From a virus (taxonomy: Duplodnaviria > Caudoviricetes), in IMG/VR virus record IMGVR_UViG_3300011008_000002: a stretch of 64,000 bases of DNA; one strand, written 5' to 3'. This document shows positions 60,897 to 64,000 of the stretch, one piece after another. Position 1 is the stretch's first letter. Each line of letters opens with the position of its first letter. The notes below the pieces were generated by a model that worked only from the letters and a program-made list of their open reading frames with translations, had not been told where the DNA came from and did not search any database. The translations under genes were made by a program, and so were the position numbers.

Positions 60897-62156
60897 TTAG
60901 TTGTAGTAGTAGCTTGAAGCCCCATTGCTTAGTACAAACCAAGGAAATATTGCATTTTTCTGTGATGCTGGTTTTGGGTCTGGACCAAATAAGTCAGTAT
61001 TAAATAGAGCAAACTTAGTACTATTTACAACATCTGATAACCAATACCATGATGTATAATTAGAGCCAGCTTTAATAGGTCGGAATAATTCCCTATTATA
61101 TCTAAATGCCGCAAGTTGCATACTTTGATTACCTACATCATAGTATGACGAACTTAATAGGTCATAACCAAATAGCATAGCACTATTCAATAATGAGATA
61201 AATTTTGGTGGAGGGTTTTTAGTTATACTTGGATAGTAGTTGTTACTAGACGATGCCCCATCGAACCCTGCATACAAATTACTCTTTATGTTGGTATCGA
61301 CTGTGTCTGTTCCATATATATTTAATAGCGGTATTATACCATAATCCCGTAATGCATCTCTGAATAGTGTTGAATATGTAGATAACCCACCAGTAAATAA
61401 TTGAGAACCCATAAATCCACCAACTGTGGTATTAGTTGCATTCATTGCATATTCGCCGAAACATGTATCAGCTATCATAACGGCATGGTGATTACGACCC
61501 TCAGCGATGTTACCACCATTACCTGCATAGAAATAATCAAAATCTGCAAATATACATTTTACTTGCACATTTCCTGCACTTGGATCATTTATAGTTATAG
61601 TAAAGTAATCACCCACAAATAAATCGTCGAATTGTGCAGAGTATATTTTACTTTTTATTTGTTCAGCTGTATATATCCCAGTAAGATCTTTACCTCTGTA
61701 TATACTGTTATGATAGCCGGAGTTGTTCTGTATAGGCATATACTTACTTTCATCTATACTTAGTACCCCATTAAGTATAGTGAGACCGTTCCCTATCTTA
61801 ATACCACCTAATGTCGAACTAGATGCAGTAGGTATCGTAGGTTCATCAGCAGATAATACACCGTTTGCATCAATACTCAACCTATTACCAACTTTTACAC
61901 CGCCAAGGGTATTAGCGGATGCAACAGGCGGAGTGGTATCTATGTTAGCTACAGCGGCTTCAAGGTTAGTAACCCTAGTAAGTATGTTTTCAGGAACAAA
62001 TTGTTGTAAAAACTCGTTCTCTGTTCCAACAAACCCATTACGGACAGCTATATCATACGATGACTCACCTGGCGTACCAGTAACGGCTGCCATAGACTCG
62101 TAAGTTCCAGTCGATGGATTCTTAACCTTAAGAATAGGTTTCTTTAATGCTATCAT
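60897..62156 (-). CDS. Receptor-binding/fibre protein B (2 shaft repeats plus CLec-like tip)
   Basis: Paralog of A; tip YWLSDVVNSTKFA resembles TR-encoded AVVNSTNFA. Confidence 0.75.
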   Translation of the reverse strand: MIALKKPILKVKNPSTGTYESMAAVTGTPGESSYDIAVRNGFVGTENEFLQQFVPENILTRVTNLEAAVANIDTTPPVASANTLGGVKVGNRLSIDANGVLSADEPTIPTASSSTLGGIKIGNGLTILNGVLSIDESKYMPIQNNSGYHNSIYRGKDLTGIYTAEQIKSKIYSAQFDDLFVGDYFTITINDPSAGNVQVKCIFADFDYFYAGNGGNIAEGRNHHAVMIADTCFGEYAMNATNTTVGGFMGSQLFTGGLSTYSTLFRDALRDYGIIPLLNIYGTDTVDTNIKSNLYAGFDGASSSNNYYPSITKNPPPKFISLLNSAMLFGYDLLSSSYYDVGNQSMQLAAFRYNRELFRPIKAGSNYTSWYWLSDVVNSTKFALFNTDLFGPDPKPASQKNAIFPWFVLSNGASSYYYN

Positions 62157-62188
62157 AGCTTTTCTCCTTTCTTTATGTGAAAATATGT

Positions 62189-63343
62189 TTATCCAATAAG
62201 CCAGTATGGACGGATGCCCTTATAATTGTTGCGGTCTTCAGTTCCTATATTTCCATAGCTATTAATATAGAACCATTGATAATCGTTCGCATTATTATTA
62301 TATGGAGAGCCTAACCAGTAATCAGTATTATTACCATTTTTTCCTAATCCTGCTTGTTTATAATTAGAATTGAGCCTAAATATATCAAAATATCCATGTG
62401 TAAATGGTATGTCGTCACGATACATAGCAGTGAATTGTTCAAACCCAATAACGTTATTGACTAACATCAAAGCTAGAGTTACAGTTACCCAAGTATTATC
62501 TCTTTGCAGAAGTTGATGAGATAATATTCTGTTGTCCATAACACTATTGAGAGCCGTTTCATATTTTGGTAATATATATTGCTGTAAGCCGTTCTGATAA
62601 TTATATGATTTAAGGGTACTACTAGAAGTAGCATCAAGGTAGTTGGTTCTCGTAAAGCAATCTTTTGGTATTATTACTGCGTGGTGTTGTGTAACTGAAC
62701 CATAGTTAAGAAATGTATCGAATCCAGCAAACACGCAGTCAACTTGTTCATTACTGCTGTATGTTGTACTAATCGTTACTGTGAAATAATCTCCAATATA
62801 CAGATCGTCAAAGTGACCACTGGCTATACGATCACATATTTCAGTAACTGTGTATTTATTAGTGAGATCGTCTCCTCTAAGTATATTATTATGAATTCCC
62901 GCGTAATTATCAGAAACAACCACACCATTCACATCTAATGATAATACGCCATTTGTTACGGATAACCCATTCCCTACCTTTACACCACCAAGCGTTTCTT
63001 CTGTAGCATTTGGTAACGTATATTCTTGGGCGTTAGCAGATAATACTCCATTTCCATCAATACTTAGTCCACTACCGATCTTTACTCCGCCCAATGTATT
63101 AGCACTTGCTGTAGGAATTGTCACATCAATATTATCTACAGCAGACTCTAATGCACTTATCCGATTTAGTATATTCTCAGGAACAAATTGTTGTAAGAAC
63201 TCGTTCTCTGTTCCAGTAAATCCGTTAGCAACTGCAATATCGTACGATGATTTCCCATCATTCCCTACGATAGCAGCTATCTCGTCGTAATCCCCTGTAG
63301 TAGGGTTCTTCACTTTGAGGATAGGTTTCTTCAAAGCAATCAT
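62189..63343 (-). CDS. Receptor-binding/fibre protein C (2 shaft repeats plus CLec-like tip)
   Basis: Same N terminus as B (MIALKKPILKVKNP); ends in GIRPYWLIG. Confidence 0.75.
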   Translation of the reverse strand: MIALKKPILKVKNPTTGDYDEIAAIVGNDGKSSYDIAVANGFTGTENEFLQQFVPENILNRISALESAVDNIDVTIPTASANTLGGVKIGSGLSIDGNGVLSANAQEYTLPNATEETLGGVKVGNGLSVTNGVLSLDVNGVVVSDNYAGIHNNILRGDDLTNKYTVTEICDRIASGHFDDLYIGDYFTVTISTTYSSNEQVDCVFAGFDTFLNYGSVTQHHAVIIPKDCFTRTNYLDATSSSTLKSYNYQNGLQQYILPKYETALNSVMDNRILSHQLLQRDNTWVTVTLALMLVNNVIGFEQFTAMYRDDIPFTHGYFDIFRLNSNYKQAGLGKNGNNTDYWLGSPYNNNANDYQWFYINSYGNIGTEDRNNYKGIRPYWLIG

Positions 63344-63446
63344 AAAAGAATACCTCCTTTCTAATCATATAAAGAATAAAAAGTGAACGAGTCTAATTCC
63401 TTTTATATAGGAATGAACTCGTTCACTTTTTTCGTAACGCATTATC

Positions 63447-63462
63447 TAAAACTCCAATTTAC
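63447..63462 (+). repeat. Putative recombination site D
   Basis: TAAAAC-TCCA-ATTTAC; AAACTCCAATTTA is an exact inverted copy of 13 bp of site B. Confidence 0.5.
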
Positions 63463-63550
63463 GAGAGCAAGTGGGATTTTTACAACCCCACTTGCTTTGT
63501 TTATCCCAACCTCTACATATATTACCATTACTGGTAATTTTTAGGTTGGT

Positions 63551-63787
63551 TTACGCCAGCTGACCGTCCTCAGGAAGTGCTTCAAGCTGAGCCTGTAACT
63601 CATTGATCCTGTCACGGATTGCCTGACGCTCTGCAACAAGTGCATCAACATCATACGGCGGCTCCTTGTCCTGGAGCTTTGCCTCATAGCACTTGATTAC
63701 AGCCCAGTCGCCCACACGAGATGCGCTGGAATCCAGTTTTGCTTTCAGGGAGATGATTTCACCTTCGATTCTTTCACGCTCTGTCAT
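63551..63787 (-). CDS. Putative fibre chaperone/assembly protein
   Basis: Paralog of 54933-55241; follows the DGR target gene. Confidence 0.65.
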   Translation of the reverse strand: MTERERIEGEIISLKAKLDSSASRVGDWAVIKCYEAKLQDKEPPYDVDALVAERQAIRDRINELQAQLEALPEDGQLA

Positions 63788-63886
63788 CTTTTTATACCTC
63801 CATACTTTATTTTTTGCTTTTGGTCGAGATATTATATCTCAGATAGTTATTTATGCTGCCGCCAATGTTTTACAACATTTTGGCGG

Positions 63887-63979
63887 AATCGGGTAACGTG
63901 AGGTATCGTCCATACGCCCCACATGGGGGCGTGATTGGACGATACGGTTGCCTGACGGCAACCTCACGATTACCCGATT
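63887..63979 (-). promoter_or_regulatory. DGR homing hairpin/cruciform region downstream of IMH
   Basis: GGTTGCC-N4-GGCAACC; GTATCGTCCA..CGCCCC-ACAT-GGGGGCG..TGGACGATAC; outer inverted repeat. Confidence 0.7.
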
Positions 63980-64000
63980 AAGAAAAACGGGCGAACGCCA
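63970..64000 (-). CDS. 3' end of the DGR target gene (VR/IMH); the rest is outside the window
   Basis: T GGC GTT CGC CCG TTT TTC TTA ATC GGG TAA = GVRPFFLIG*; 13-bp identity to the TR 3' end. Confidence 0.8.
   Translation of the reverse strand, partial: GVRPFFLIG

Noticed and set aside
1-64000. Stop-codon reassignment; tRNA or rRNA genes
   Set aside because: Conserved genes are intact in code 11 and end with TAA, TAG and TGA; no cloverleaf or rRNA was recognised by eye

Overview
Part of an AT-rich jumbo myophage genome with PhiKZ/AR9-like organisation. The host is probably an anaerobic Firmicute, given the class III RNR, the SH3b amidase and strong GGAGG RBSs. Core genes seen: phage chaperonin, split family-B DNA polymerase, multisubunit RNA polymerase beta'-like subunit, SF2 helicase, nrdD/nrdG, putative portal, tail sheath and tube, large terminase, major capsid, prohead protease and RNase H. 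Two phage promoter motifs recur: early TATATTAA and late NACA-N6-TA. Several ORF-less promoter-to-terminator units fold into structured RNAs. The most interesting part is 50.6-64 kb. It holds a diversity-generating retroelement (avd-TR-RT) under a phage late promoter, whose target ends at the right edge. Around it are three more paralogous receptor-binding genes, a tyrosine recombinase, a 'headless' inverted fibre cassette and four related 16-bp quasi-palindromic sites. Together these suggest a tail-fibre shufflon combined with a DGR. All product calls come from motif recognition by eye; no searches were run.
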